Of a stretch of 64,000 nt of DNA, positions 12,690-26,250 are shown in pieces. The stretch is taken from contig OZ024763.1 in NCBI GenBank assembly GCA_964016885.1, positions 12,648,001 to 12,712,000 on the forward strand, written 5' to 3'. A program made the translations under genes and the position numbers. The DNA comes from Eledone cirrhosa (Eukaryota). Position 1 is the first letter of the stretch, and each line of letters begins with the position of its first letter. Below the pieces are notes generated by a model that ran no database searches, was not told the origin of the DNA, and saw only the letters and a list, made by a program, of their open reading frames with translations.

Positions 12690-12940
12690 AAATCGAAGAA
12701 AATAAATTCAGTTATCCAGTTTAAGCCATTTTTCTTGAACAAACTTTGCTTCATGATCACAGCGACTGAAGCCAGTTGCAAGAGTATAATTCCACTTCTC
12801 CGAATTACATTGCTGGCAAAATTTCGTCCCATAGACTTAGGGGATGGATTTTTCCAGTATCTTCCATTTAATGGAGAACGCTGTGCCGTTATTTTTGAGG
12901 TTCCACTCATGATTCGCGAGCCGAATGGTATGTCGACTTT
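12690..12940 (-). pseudogene. Penelope-like GIY-YIG endonuclease C-terminal remnant
   Basis: Minus frame reads SRHTIRLANHEWNLKNNGTAFSIKWKILEKSIP*VYGTKFCQQCNSEKW, fitting T.L..H.W.LK...I.W.IL...PY...C.LC..EK. A decayed HHR (CTGACGA CGGAT-AAAA-ATCC AAAA) lies downstream at ~12585-12612. Confidence 0.75.
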
Positions 12941-13263
12941 TCAACTTAAGCCTTTTCAACTTATACCTACATAACACTAGTTGCATACCTTGGTTTTTTA
13001 AGAGTTACTTCCCTTTTCACTTACATTATTCAAGGGATTTGCCTATTTATGGATAATTTCGGATCTACCTACCCTTAGAACTCTCCTATACTTTCTAAAA
13101 TCTCCATGATGAGAAGTCATTCTTACTTATATGACAAGCTGAATGACCTGGGGTGAATAACCCAACGAAACTTAAGGATCTGTACATGTCACTGTTGTAA
13201 TTAATTATACTTAACTCGTCCTATAGTGTGAGAGTTCTAACCCTTCGATATTTATATCAAATT

Positions 13264-13342
<79 letters not shown>

Positions 13343-13344
13343 AA

Positions 13345-13462
13345 GGCGTGTGGCTGAGTAGTTAGAGAATTGGATTCGCAATCGTGAGGTTGTCAGTTCG
13401 ATTCCCGGACCAGGCGATGCGTTATGTCCTTGAGCAAGACACTTTATTTCACGTTGCTCCTT
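13345..13462 (+). mobile_element. tRNA-derived SINE, family 2 (5' part)
   Basis: GGCGTGTGGCTGAGTAGTTAGAG A box, AGTTCGATTCCC B box, TGTCCTTGAGCAAGACACTT body. Confidence 0.8.
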
Positions 13463-13560
13463 CTACCTGGAGTTACGACCGATGGATAGTATTAGCAACT
13501 GGAAAGACCAACGGAAACATTGTTTCCTCGGTCCGATTTGACGAAAGTTGTCGACTGTCG

Positions 13561-13676
<116 letters not shown>

Positions 13677-14447
13677 TTTTCCTGTTGTTGTTGCTGTGTT
13701 TATGCTGCATTTGTTCTTGTGTGATTATTTCTGCGTTGTTATTTCTGTTGTTGTTTATGTCATTGTTGTTGTTGTAGTTCTGTGTTGTCGTTGTTGTCGT
13801 TGTTGTTGTTAACAGTATTTATTGCTGAAGTTTTAATGTCTGTAAAACATTTCTCTGTTGGCAAACAACTTATTCTGGTAACTGGAATTACTTGCTTGAG
13901 GTCGTCGTCGTCGTCCACCGCCGCCACCACCACCACCGTCGCCGCCACCATCACTACTTGTCCACCTCCACAGCCTATCCTATCCTATCCTCCATCTCCT
14001 CACGTGTCCATGTGCTTTCTCTTCCTCCCCCACCTCCTCCTCATGTGTCTTTTTCTTTCACCTCCTCTCCTTCCTCCTTCTCCCCCCACGTGTCTATGTG
14101 TGTATTCCATTTCCTCCTCCTCACGTGTCCGTGTGCTTCTTCCTTTACTCCTCCACCATCCTCTTCCCTTTCCCCATTGTCATATCCCCCCCCCCCCCCC
14201 ATCCTCCTCCAGATACTCAAATTAAATGTTGATCTGAATTAAAAATAAAAATTAAAACAAATAATTAAAATTAAAATTATAATTCTTTAAATTTCGTTTT
14301 CAATTATTTCAATGTTAAATTAATTAATTTTACACGAGGAGCAATGTGTGGGAAAAAGTCAACATTTAAGCCACTGATTCATTAGAAACCGCAACCCCGA
14401 GATTAAAAAACACGATAACGCACGAAATAAGACACAAATATGATATA

Positions 14448-14842
14448 TGAGGGTTGGTTGAGAAGTTCATAGGCTGAAGGAGTGACGCTAGAGCCGTGAA
14501 ATCTTGCATGCATTAATTTTCAACTCTTCTTATAATCTCGGGGTCTAGGTTTCCAATGAAATCTTGCATGCATTGATTCCAACTCGTCTTATTAATAACT
14601 GTATTGATTCTTTCCAGGGACTATGTTGAAAAATAAACCTCATATGGTCATTCCATGAGAGTATCTTGGTCAGCCTATGAAGGAGTGATGCTAGAGCTGT
14701 GAAATATTGCATGCATTGATTCCAACTCGTCTTATTAATAACTGTATTGATTCTTTCCAGAGGCTATGTTGAAAAATAAACCTCATATGGTCATTCCATG
14801 AGAGTATCTTGGTCAAGGTCTGGAGATTTCAGCAGGTACCCG
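14448..14842. mobile_element. Mariner-type non-autonomous element with internal tandem duplication
   Basis: Left end TA|TGAGGGTTGGTTGAGAAGTTCATAGGCTGA. Its complement TCAGCCTATGAA is internal, and the right end is decayed (..CCCG|TA). A ~140 bp internal segment is duplicated. Confidence 0.55.
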
Positions 14843-14864
14843 TATGATATAACAAAAGGAGCAC

Positions 14865-14976
14865 GCTGTGTGGTTCGAAGTTCGTTTCGCAACCACCTTC
14901 TACCCTAGTATAGCCTCCGGTTGACCAATGTCTTGTGAGTTAAATTTGGTAAACGGAAACTGTGCAGAAGCATGCC

Positions 14977-14980
<4 letters not shown>
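14865..14980 (+). mobile_element. Internally deleted SINE, family 3
   Basis: GCTGTGTGGTT...TATAGCCTCCGGTTGACCAATGTCTTGTGAG...AAACGGAAACTG then (TG)n; resembles a recalled octopus SINE. Confidence 0.5.
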
Positions 14981-15008
<28 letters not shown>

Positions 15009-15034
15009 ATTCATTCTGCCAATAGCATAGCAGC

Positions 15035-15118
15035 GGCCCGACGAGCTTTTGATTCCAGAGTCGGCCCAGATCGATACAGATCGAACCTTGACCGATCAAT
15101 AGCGAAACGCGCGTCACC
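15035..15118 (+). ncRNA. Decayed hammerhead with expanded stem II
   Basis: GGC CCGACGA GCT[...GATCGAACCT...]AGC GAAAC GCGC GTC ACC. Confidence 0.55.
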
Positions 15119-15436
15119 AATCGATAAACGTAAATCGTCCTTTTATTATATATACTAGCTGAAAAATCACACTACAGGTGGTTTTCTGCTAGGATGTGTA
15201 GTGTGTAAATTAATATTATACACAAGTATATATACATGTAGATATGATACATCAAATAAAGTCGTAATTGACAATATACACAGAAATTGAACGAAGACTG
15301 CGTTACACTGTCTTCTGTAATCAGTAAAGTAATCCATGATACATTAAAAAAGACGATATTATATATAAACTGCATTAGGAGAAAATTAGTGATGAAAATA
15401 TATGCGATATTTTTATATGTGTTATAATATAACTAT

Positions 15437-15606
15437 TTCTACTTTTGGCACAAGGCCAGCAATTACTCAGTACATTACTGGTACTTTATTTTATCGACCC
15501 CGTAAGGATGAAAGGCAAAGTTAACCTCGGCGGGATTTGAACTCAGATCATACAGGGAGGTAACTCTATGCTTCAAAGCATGGCGTCCGACTGCCAATCC
15601 ACCGCC
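15437..15606 (-). mobile_element. SINE family 1 copy
   Basis: Core, B box and head (CCACCGCC). Confidence 0.85.
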
Positions 15607-15754
15607 TTATAATATAACGGCCGCTAACCGGAAGTGTTGACATTTGAACATTTTAAAGAAGTGAATTTTAAAGATCTTTAAATAAGCTATAAAATATATT
15701 TAATCAACAGCCACGAAATTTAGCACATAGATTATGTAATATTCATACATTACG

Positions 15755-15870
15755 GTCTGAGTTCAAAACCCGTCGAGGTTAACTTTGCCTTTCATCCTTA
15801 TGGGGTCGATAAAATAAAGTACCAGTAATGTACTGGATTATTACTGGCCTTGTGCCAAAAGTAGAAACAA
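15755..15870 (+). mobile_element. SINE family 1 copy, 5'-truncated
   Basis: B box and core. Confidence 0.85.
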
Positions 15871-16173
15871 TTATTTATTCAAAGTAATCCAACTTATTTT
15901 ACTAACTCGATAAACAAATATATTCTAGGCGCAGTCCCGCACTCCTTACTTTATTATAGTTTAGATATATATATAATAGAAAAAGACGAAGTAATTTCGT
16001 TACATATAAAAAATATTTATTGTGCATCGATCTGTTACGCGCCTTTCGCAGAGGATTGGTTCAAGACCACGCATAGGTGTTATGGACCCGACTCCCCTAT
16101 CGATCTGCTCCCCTGTTTGTGCACAGAGTGCTTTCTTTGGTACCAACACTAATAATTCACTGAACCACCTACA

Positions 16174-16219
<46 letters not shown>

Positions 16220-16759
16220 TGGCTGCCAACTCGTTTTCGAGTACGGCCACTACTTTATATCCATGTAGGAGAACCCCTACCGATGCGCTGAACGAGTGTG
16301 ACTTTTTAGTCCAGCTAGCGACTTGAAAACTCTGGTACAAACACTACACTTGTGACAATTATTGACACATAGTGCTGGGCCCATGGTACCATGTGACGAC
16401 AAGTGCAGAGAGATCTCCAGATATAAAGCAATGCCTGTGCCGTGAAGCTTTTATAGTGAGCAAAGGCACTGCACAAAGCCAGTCCCACTCTCTTAACCAA
16501 GATGATATTTACCAATAAGAAGAACAAGTCAACATCATTGGATACCATCAGGGTTGCAGGTGTTATATCAGAGTTTTCCTTCTCCTAGAATTCTGCCTTG
16601 ACAAAGGCTAAGGGGTCATCTCTCCCGGTGATTTTGGATGGCCATTGACTCTTAAGAGCTCCTTTGCCCTTTGACAGGTTTTGTTCTTATTCCTGCAGGA
16701 TGTCCAAAGTCACCCTCCTCACCAAGAAACCTTGGTGAGGAGGGGGACTTTATAGTTAC

Positions 16760-16902
16760 ATATAGGAAAATGTATCACCCCGACGGCAGAGCTCAAGCCG
16801 TTTCGGCGGCTATTTCTGGACCTACTGGACTCTACTACCCTAAGTATTGAGTACTCTGGTGTGTTATGGTCCATCTGGTTCATTACCACAACTCCTTCGT
16901 TA
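16760..16902 (-). mobile_element. Interspersed repeat abutting (TA)n; inverted homolog at ~36584-36728
   Basis: Shared TAACGAAGGAGTTGTGGTAA..AACCAGATGGACCATAACACACCAGAGTACTCAATA..CGAAACGGCTTGAGCTCTGCCGTCGGGG. Confidence 0.7.
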
Positions 16903-17445
16903 TATATATAGATATATATACATTCATATACATATACATATATACATTCATATACATATATATACACATATATACATATACATTCATATACATATATATT
17001 CATATACACATATATACCTACACATTCATATACACATATACTCATATACATATATATTTACATATATATACATATACATTCATATACACATATATTCATA
17101 TACATATATATATATACACATATACATTCATATTCACATATACTCATATATATACACATATACATTCATATACACATATACTCATATACATATATATATA
17201 TATATATACATATACTCATATACATATATATATATATATATTCATATACATATATATATATATATATATTCATATACATATATATATATACACATATATA
17301 TATATATATACACATATATATATACACATATACATTCATATACACATATACTCATATACATATATACATATATATATATACATATACATATATACATATA
17401 TATATATATATACATATACTCATATACATATATATATATATATAT

Positions 17446-17479
<34 letters not shown>

Positions 17480-17552
17480 CACATATACATTCATATACAC
17501 ATACTCATATATACATATATATATATACACATATACATATATATATATACAC

Positions 17553-17595
<43 letters not shown>

Positions 17596-17738
17596 TATAT
17601 ATATATATACACATATACATATACACATATACATTCATATACACATACTCATATATATATACATATATATATATATATACACATATACATATATACATAT
17701 ATATATACACATATACATATATACATATATATATACAC

Positions 17739-17770
<32 letters not shown>

Positions 17771-17796
17771 ATATACATATATATATACACATATAC

Positions 17797-17827
<31 letters not shown>

Positions 17828-17880
17828 TATATATATATATATATATACACATATATATACATATATATATACACATATAC

Positions 17881-17936
<56 letters not shown>

Positions 17937-17950
17937 ATATACATATATAT
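16902..17950. repeat. Compound (TA/CATA)n microsatellite
   Basis: Direct reading. Confidence 0.95.
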
Positions 17951-18160
17951 AACACTGTTTTACGATATGATATAACACAGTTGTATGATATATTATACAG
18001 TGGTATATAATATAACATGTATCTAATGTAAACTAATTGTCATATTGTGTGTATATATATAATATAATAGCTAGAGGTGTATATATATACATATAGAGGT
18101 GAATATATATATATATATATATATAGGTATAGATGAATTTCTATACATGTGCACCCACAC

Positions 18161-18193
<33 letters not shown>

Positions 18194-18262
18194 CATGCAC
18201 ACACACACATATACATATACACTGACATATACATGTACACACACACACAGACACATACATGT

Positions 18263-18293
<31 letters not shown>

Positions 18294-18460
18294 TATATAT
18301 ACATGCACACACACACATATACACTGACATATACATGTACACACACAGACACATACATGTACACACACACACACACACATACATGTACACACACACACAC
18401 ACATACATGTACACACACACACACATACATGTACACACACACACACACACACATACATGT

Positions 18461-18494
<34 letters not shown>

Positions 18495-18594
18495 CGGTAT
18501 CCAATGGATATCTTAATATCTTAATAAACAGTTATAAGATAATAAAAATGTGATAAATCAAACAAGTGATATATGACATATGATATATAATATA

Positions 18595-21500
18595 TAGAGG
18601 TGGTGGTGGGGTGGGAGAGGTGGTGGTGGTGGGGTGGGAGAGGTGGTGGTGGTGGGGCGGGAGAGGTGATGGGGTGGGGGGGGGGGCAATATATAGAGAA
18701 GTGGTGGTGGGGGTAGGAAAGGTGGTGGTGGGAGTATAATATATAGAGAGGTGGTGGTGGGGTGGGAGAGGTGGTGGGGGATAGGGGGGTTAGGGGGGTA
18801 TAATATATAGAGAAGTGGTGGTGGTGGGAGTATAATATATAGAGAGGTGGTGGTGGGGTGGGAGAGGTGGGGGGGGGGGGACAAGGTGGGGGGGGATACT
18901 ATATAGAGAAGTGGTGGTGGGGGTAGGAAAGGTGGTGGTGGGAGTATAATATATAGAGAGGTGGTGGTGGGGTGGGAGAGGTGGCGGGGGATAGGGGGGT
19001 TAGGGGGGTATAATATATAGAGAAGTGGTGGTGGTGGGAGTATAATATATAGAGAGGTGGTGGTGGGGTAGGAGAGGTGGTGGGGGGATAGGAAAGGTGG
19101 GGGGCATAATATATAGAGAAGTGGTGGTGGGGGTAGGAAAGGTGGTGGTGGGGGTATAACATATAGAGAGGTGGTGGGGTGGGGGTATATATAGAGGAGG
19201 TGGTGGGGTAGGGGAGGTGGTGGGGTATAATATATAGAGAGGTGGTGGTGGGGTAGGAGAGGTGTTGGTGAGGGTAGGAGAGGTGGTGGTGGTGGTGTAA
19301 TATATAGAGAGGTGGTGGTGGGGGTAGGAGAGGTGGTGGTGGTGGTGGTGTAATATATAGAGAGGTGGTGGTGGGGTAGGAGAGGTGGTGGTGGTGGTGT
19401 AATATATAGAGGTGGTGGTGGGGGTAGGAGAGGTGGTGGTGGTGGTGTAATATATAGAGATGAGGTAGTGAAATAGGGGGGGGGGTAATACGATGTGGGC
19501 ATGGTGGGGGGTGGTGAGGTTGGTGATGATGAGTGTGATGGCGGTGGTGAATGATGATGGTGACGATAGTGATGGTGAGGTGAGGAGGAGGAGAGTAATG
19601 GTGGTGAGGTGAGGAGGAGGAGGAGGGTAATGGTGGTGAGGAGGAGGAGGAGGGTAATGGTGGTGAGGTGAGGAGGAGGAGGAGGGTAATGGTGGTGAGG
19701 TGAGGAGGAGGAGGAGGAGGAGGGTAATGGTGGTGAGGTGAGGAGGAGGAGGAGGGTAATGGTGGTGGTGGTGAGGAGGAGGAGGTGGGTAATGGTGGTG
19801 AGGTGAGGAGGAGGAGGAGGGTATGGTGGTGAGGTGAGGAGGAGGAGGAGGAGGAGGGTAATGGTGGTGAGGTGAGGAGGAGGAGGAGGGTAATGGTGGT
19901 GAGGTGGTGAGGAGGAGGAGGAGAGTAATGGTGGTGAGGTGAGGAGGAGGAGGAGGAGGAGGGTAATGGTGGTGAGGTGAGGAGGAGGAGGAGGAGGAGG
20001 GTAATGGTGGTGAGGTGAGGAGGAGGAGGAGGGTAATGGTGGTGAGGTGAGGAGGAGGAGGAGGAGGAGGGTAATGGTGGTGAGGTGAGGAGGAGGAGGG
20101 AGGAGGAGGGTAATGGTGGTGAGGTGAGGAGGAGGAGGAGAGTAATGGTGGTGAGGTGAGGAGGAGGAGGAGGAGGAGGGTAATGGTGGTGAGGTGAGGA
20201 GGAGGAGGAGGGGGAGGGTAATGGTGGTGAGGTGAGGAGGAGGTGGAGGGTAATGGTGGTGAGGTGGGGAGGTGGAGGTGGGTATGGTGGTGGTGTGGAG
20301 GAGGAGGGGGGTAATGGTGGTGAGGTGAGGAGGAGGAGGAGGGTAATGGTGGTGAGGTGAGGTGGAGGAGGGGGTATGGTGGTGAGGTGAGGGAGGTGGT
20401 GGGGGTAATGGTGGTGAGGTGAGGTGGAGAGGTGGGGTAATGGTGGTGTGGTGTGGTGGAGGTGGGAGGGTAATGGTGGTGAGGTGAGGGGTGGAGGAGG
20501 GTGGGTGGTGGTGGTGAGGTTGGGGGGGGGGGGTAATGGTGGTGGTGGTTGGGTGGAGGAGGAGAGTAATGGTGGTGAGGTGAGGAGGTGGGGGGGTAAT
20601 GGTGGTGAGGTGAGGAGGAGGAGGAGGGTATGGTGGTGAGGTGAGGAGGAGGAGGAGGGTAATGGTGGTGGTGGTGAGGAGGAGAGTTGTAAATGGTGTA
20701 TAACCAGGTAACAGTCAATGGTGGTGTAATGAGGCTTATTTATGTGAGCTAAACTATAGAATATATGTGGTGGTGGTGGTAGTGTGGTGTGTGGTGTGGT
20801 GGTGTGGTGGTAGTGTGGTGGTAGTGTGGTGTGTGGTGTGGTGGTAGTGTGGTGGTGGTAGTAGTGTGGTGGTAGTGTGGTGGGTGGTAGTAGTGTGGTG
20901 GTAGTGTGGTGGTGGTAGTAGTAGTGTGGTGGTGGTGGTGGTAGTGTGGTGGTGGTAGTAGTGTGGTGGTAGTGTGGTGTGTGGTGTGGTGGTGTGGTGG
21001 TGTGGTGGTGGTGGTAGTAGTGTGGGTGGTAGTGTGGTGGTGGTAGTAGTGTGGTGGTAGTGTGGTGGTGGTGGTAGTGTGGTGGTAGTGTGGTGGTGGT
21101 AGTAGTAGTGTGGTGGTGGTGGTGGTAGTGTGGTGGTGGTAGTAGTGTGGTGGGTGTGTGGTGTGTGGTGTGGTGGGTGTGGTGGTGTGGTGGTGGTGGT
21201 AGTTGTGGTGGTGGTGTGGTGGTGGTAGTGTGTGGGGTAGTGTGGTGGTGGTGGTAGTGTGGTGGTAGTGTGGTGGGGTGGTAGTGTGTGGTGGTGGTGG
21301 TGGTAGTGTGGTGGTGGTGTAGTGTGGGTGGTAGTGTGGTGTGTGGTGTGGTGGTGTGGTGGGGTGGTGGTGGTGGTGTGTGTGGTGGTTGTGTGGTGGT
21401 GGGTAGTGGGTGTGGTGTGTGTGGTGGGTGTGGGTGTGTGGTGGTAGTGTGGTGGTGGTGGTGGTGGTAGTGTGGTGGTGGTGGTGGGGGTGGTGGTGGT

Positions 21501-22012
21501 GTGGTGGTGGGTGGTGGGTGGTGTGGTGGTGTGGTGGGTGTGGTGGTGGTGGTGGTGGTGGTGGTAGTGTGGTGGTGGTAGTGTGGTGGTGGTGGTGTGG
21601 TGGTGGGTGGTTGGTGGTGGTGGTGGTGGTGGGTGGTGGTGGTGGGGGGGGGTGGTTGTGTGGGGGTGTGGTGGGGGGGTAGTGTGGTGGTGGGGGGTGG
21701 GTGGTAGTGTGGTGGTGGTGGTGTGGGGTGGTGTGGTGGTGGGGGTGGTGTGGGGTGGTGTGGTGGTGGTGGTGGTAGTGTGGTGGTGGTGGTGTGTGGT
21801 GGTGGTGGTGTGTGGGGTGGTGGTGGTGTGGTGGTGGTGGGTGGTGGTGGTGGTGGTGGTGGTGGTGGTGTGGTGGGGGGTGTGGGGTGGTGGTGGGTGG
21901 TGGTGGGTGGTGGGTGGGTGGTGGGGGTGGTGTGGTGGTGGTGGTAGTGTGGTGGTGGTGGTAGTGTGGTGGTGGTGGTGTGGTGGTAGTGTGGTGGTGG
22001 TGGTGTGGTGGT
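18595..22012. repeat. G-rich low-complexity tandem arrays (GGT/GGA/TAG triplet-based, three sub-blocks)
   Basis: Units such as GGTGGTGGGGTAGGAGA..TAATATATAGAGA, GGGTAATGGTGGTGAGGTGAGGAGGA and GTGGTGGTAGT. Confidence 0.9.
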
Positions 22013-22040
22013 GTGTGTCTTTGATAAATTACACTCACAC

Positions 22041-22073
<33 letters not shown>

Positions 22074-22208
22074 TGTATATACATACATACATATACATAT
22101 ATATATATACATATATATACACATATATATATATACATATGTATATATATATATACATATATATACATACACACCCGCATATATACATACACACACATAT
22201 ATATACAT

Positions 22209-22251
<43 letters not shown>

Positions 22252-22415
22252 TACATACACAGACACATATATATATATATATACATACACACAAATGTAC
22301 ATATATATATATGTGTACATATACACACACAGACACACGCACATATATATATATGTATATACACGCACACACATATACATATATATGTACATATACACAC
22401 ACATACACACACACA

Positions 22416-22457
<42 letters not shown>

Positions 22458-22560
22458 TACACCCAGTTGAAAATGAACTAACGCAACAGTTATAATAGAT
22501 TCATGCTTGATGTAAGTATATATATATATATATATAAGCTCATACAAACACACACACAAT

Positions 22561-22665
<105 letters not shown>

Positions 22666-23154
22666 GCCATTACTTGGAATTGCTTCGCTACCGTTGCCTT
22701 TCCTCAACTTCCCACGCCATTTTGTATCTTACAAGCATGTGATATAAAAACGATAAATGTTTCTGCTCAACAAGCTGGCACGGCTGGTTGGCTGGCAGAC
22801 TAGCTGGTTAATAAATTAACAGTTATAACAACCATATGTGAAATATAATAAACATGATTAATTATTGAAGGAGATAGTTGTTTGATAACTTCGGCTTTTA
22901 TTTACTCTCTATGACATCATCAATAGGGATATCAATATATGTGATAAACACGATATTTTTTATTGATATTTAATTAAACTCTTCATTGCCGGCTTTCTCA
23001 TGTAAAGACACTCTCTATGGCTTTCAAACAATTGCGAAAAATAATCAAGAACATGCAGAGATTTATTAATATAACCATCTTTCTCTACACTTTAAAATAT
23101 GGACATCTTTGTATCATACATAGCAGACGTGTATATATATATATATATATATAT

Positions 23155-23872
23155 AAAAACATGAGAAGAAAGAAGAATACTGCGTGGTTGCACATGGGTT
23201 ACATATGATAAAAATAGTCCTTCGTCAGTGATTTTCCAACCATCATTGATATTTCATCGCATTAAAAATCATATACCTCAGGTTGGTGCGAGCAATAGCT
23301 AAATAAAGCTATTGGGACAAGTAAATCGCGTAAAGCGAGTAAGACAAGTAAACAACATAGAAGGATGAAAGCAACGCAAAGATAGGAATAAACAAGCAAC
23401 ATGGTTATCTGGTCAGCATAAGCTGGGTGGATTTCATGAGCGATCGGGATAGAGACCGTCCGCTGTGAGTGAGATGTGAGCAAGAAGAGAACCCACTACA
23501 AGCTAAACGGGAGGAAGTGAGAAGGGGAGAAACAGAGAGTGAGTGAGTGGAAGTGCGAGGAAGAGGTCAGTCGAGAGAAAGTGTAACTGACAGAGGGGGC
23601 GAAAGAAGGTGAGAGCAACAGAGAGAACGGGGAAGCAGTAAGAGAGAAACAGACAAACGCAGCCGAGGTAAATATATATAAAAAACATGAGAAGAAAGAA
23701 GAATACTGCGTGGTTGCACATGGGTTATATATGATAAAAATAGTCCTTCGTCAGTGATTTTCCAACCATCATTGGTATTTCATCGCATTAAAAATCATAT
23801 ACCTCAGGTTGGTGCGAGCAATAGCTAAATAAAGCTATTGGGACAAGTAAATCGCGTAAAGCGTGTAAGACA
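23155..23872. mobile_element. Short element with ~190 bp terminal direct repeats (pLTR-like); duplicate at ~29745-30462
   Basis: AAAAACATGAGAAGAAAGAAGAATACTGCG...TAAGACAA occurs at ~23155 and ~23681. A minus-strand CTGACGA half-core is present. The internal part resembles 54690-54900. Confidence 0.55.
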
Positions 23873-24730
23873 AATAGTTGAGACAGTAAACAAAAAACAA
23901 AAAAATAACGTGGAAGTGAAGAGGCAGTACAAATGTTAATATTAGTTTCACGCTTGAGAGTAGGGATATATATATATATATATATAAAAGAAATGAATAA
24001 AAGGTGTTTAAAACCGTTAGGACATGTTTATATAACAGTGCGCCTACGTACGTTTCGCCCGGAATGGGATTATCAAGGGCATGGAAAACAAAAAAAAAAA
24101 TGATTAATACAGGACCCAGGAGGGGTTTCACGGTTAAATTAACATCAGAGTTCATTCTTCTCCTACGTCAACAAGTCTCACTTTCATTTTTAATAGATTT
24201 TAATTTCAAATCTTATACCCATAACAAATATTTCATTTGATAAGACCGTCTTATATCCTGAAACCTTTGGTAATGGAATATTCATATTGTGTTGTTTATT
24301 ATGTAACTAAATAGCTCTGTACTATACATAGAGCACTTTTCGTTCCTTTACCTTTTCTACGGAAATATATATATATATATACACACACATACACATATAT
24401 ACACGTGCACACATATATATATAAATATATATATATACATATATATATAACGTGTTTCTACCTCTTTCTTCCCCTTCAGTTGATGCAGTAGCCCACCCAC
24501 CCCTTTTTGTTCGTCTTTATTTGTGTTAGATACCGGTGAAACCAGCGCTGGCTATATATCAATATTTTTGATATTTTTTTAATTAATTGATTTGATTTAT
24601 TAATTGGTTGATATTAGTTGAATTAATTTAATTGATAACCTTAATTAATTTGTTCAATTATTACCACTAATAAATCTATCAGTGTATTCTGTTTCTGGAA
24701 TTTATATCAGTTACCACTGAGTAAGGTTGT

Positions 24731-26250
24731 GTGTGACATGGTGTAACACTGTCATAGGTACATAAAGTATGTTGTGACATGGTGTAACACTATCATAGGT
24801 ACATAAAGTATGTTGTGACATGGTGTAACACTGTCATAGGTACATAAAGTATGTTGTGACATGGTGTAACACTGTCATAGGTACATAAAGTATGTTGTGA
24901 CATGGTGTAACACTATCATAGGTACATAAAGTATGTTGTGACATGGTGTAATACTCTCATAGGTACATAAAGTATGTTGTGACATGGTGTAACACTGTCA
25001 TAGGTACACACGTTATGTTGTGACATGGTGTAACACTGTCATAGGTACACAGGTCTTGTTGTGACATGATGTAACACTGTCATAGGTACATAAAGTATGT
25101 TGTGACATGGTGTAACACTGTCATAGGTACACACGTTATGTTGTGACATGGTGTAACACTGTCATAGGTACACAGGTCTTGTTGTGACATGGTGTAACAC
25201 TGTCATAGGTACATAAAGTATGTTGTGACATGGTGTAACACTGTCATAGGTACACAGGTCATGTGACATGGTGTAACACTGTCATAGGTACACAGGTCCT
25301 GTGACATGGTGTAACACTGCCATAGGTACACAGGTCATGTTGTGAGATGGTGCAACTGTCATAGGTACATAAAGTATGTTGTGACATCGTGTAACACTGT
25401 CATAGGTACACAGATCCTGTGACATGGTGTAACTGTCATAGGTACATAAAGTATGTTGTGACAGTGTAACACTGTCATAGGTATACAGGTCATGTGACAT
25501 GGTGTAACTGTCATAGGTACATAACGTATGTTGTGACATGGTGAAACACTGTCATAGGTACACAAGTCATGTTGTGACATGGTGTAACACTGTCATAGAT
25601 ACACAAGTCATGTGATGTGGTGTAACACTGCCATAGGTACATAAAGTATGTTGTAACATTGTGTAACACTGTCATAGGTACACAAGTCATGTTGTGACAT
25701 AATTTAACTCTGCCATAGGTACACAAACTATGCTGTGGTGTGGTGTGACACTGTCATAGGTACACAAAGTATGTTGTGACATGGTGTAACACTGTCATAG
25801 GTACATAAAGTATGTTGTGACATGGTGTAACACTGCCATAGGTACATAAAGTATGTTGTGGTGTAACACTGCCATAGGTACACAAAGTATGTTGTGGTGT
25901 CGTGTAACACTGTCATAGGTACATAAAGTATGTTGTGGTGTAACACTGCCATAGGTACATAAAGTATGTTGTGGTGTGGTGTAACACTGCCATAGGTACA
26001 TAAAGTATGTTGTGACACGGTGTAACACTGCCATAGGTACATAAAGTATGTTGTGGTATCGTGTAACACTGCCATAGGTACATAAAGTATGTTGTCACAT
26101 GGTGTAACACTATCATAGATACACAAACTATGCTGTGGTGTGGTGTGACACTGTCATAGGTACACAAAGTATTTTGTGACATGGTGTTACACTATCATCG
26201 ATACACAAAGCGTTGTGTTTCAAAATGTTACACTTCATAGGTACATAAAA
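24731..26250. repeat. 41-bp minisatellite (GTTGTGACATGGTGTAACACTGTCATAGGTACATAAAGTAT)n; duplicate at ~31320-32840
   Basis: About 37 units, no unique spacers. Confidence 0.95.

Noticed and set aside
19000-22458. Extensin-like Pro/His-rich ORFs (also 26946-29045 and 44838-45965)
   Set aside because: They arise from triplet-based low-complexity arrays, and frames are not conserved between the duplicated copies.
23215-23245. Hammerhead at minus-strand CTGACGA (also CTGATGA at ~54218 and ~33816 on minus, and 1763 on plus)
   Set aside because: No properly placed GAAA or closing stems follow the half-core.
24229-24280. HHR-shaped segments with broken cores (TTGATAA here; CAGTTGA at ~34308-34345 minus)
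   Set aside because: The stems fit, but the catalytic core has two or more substitutions. Treated as fossils and not listed as features.
24731-26250. CRISPR-like appearance of a partly palindromic 41-bp repeat
   Set aside because: Units are contiguous with no unique spacers, there are no cas genes, and the context is eukaryotic.
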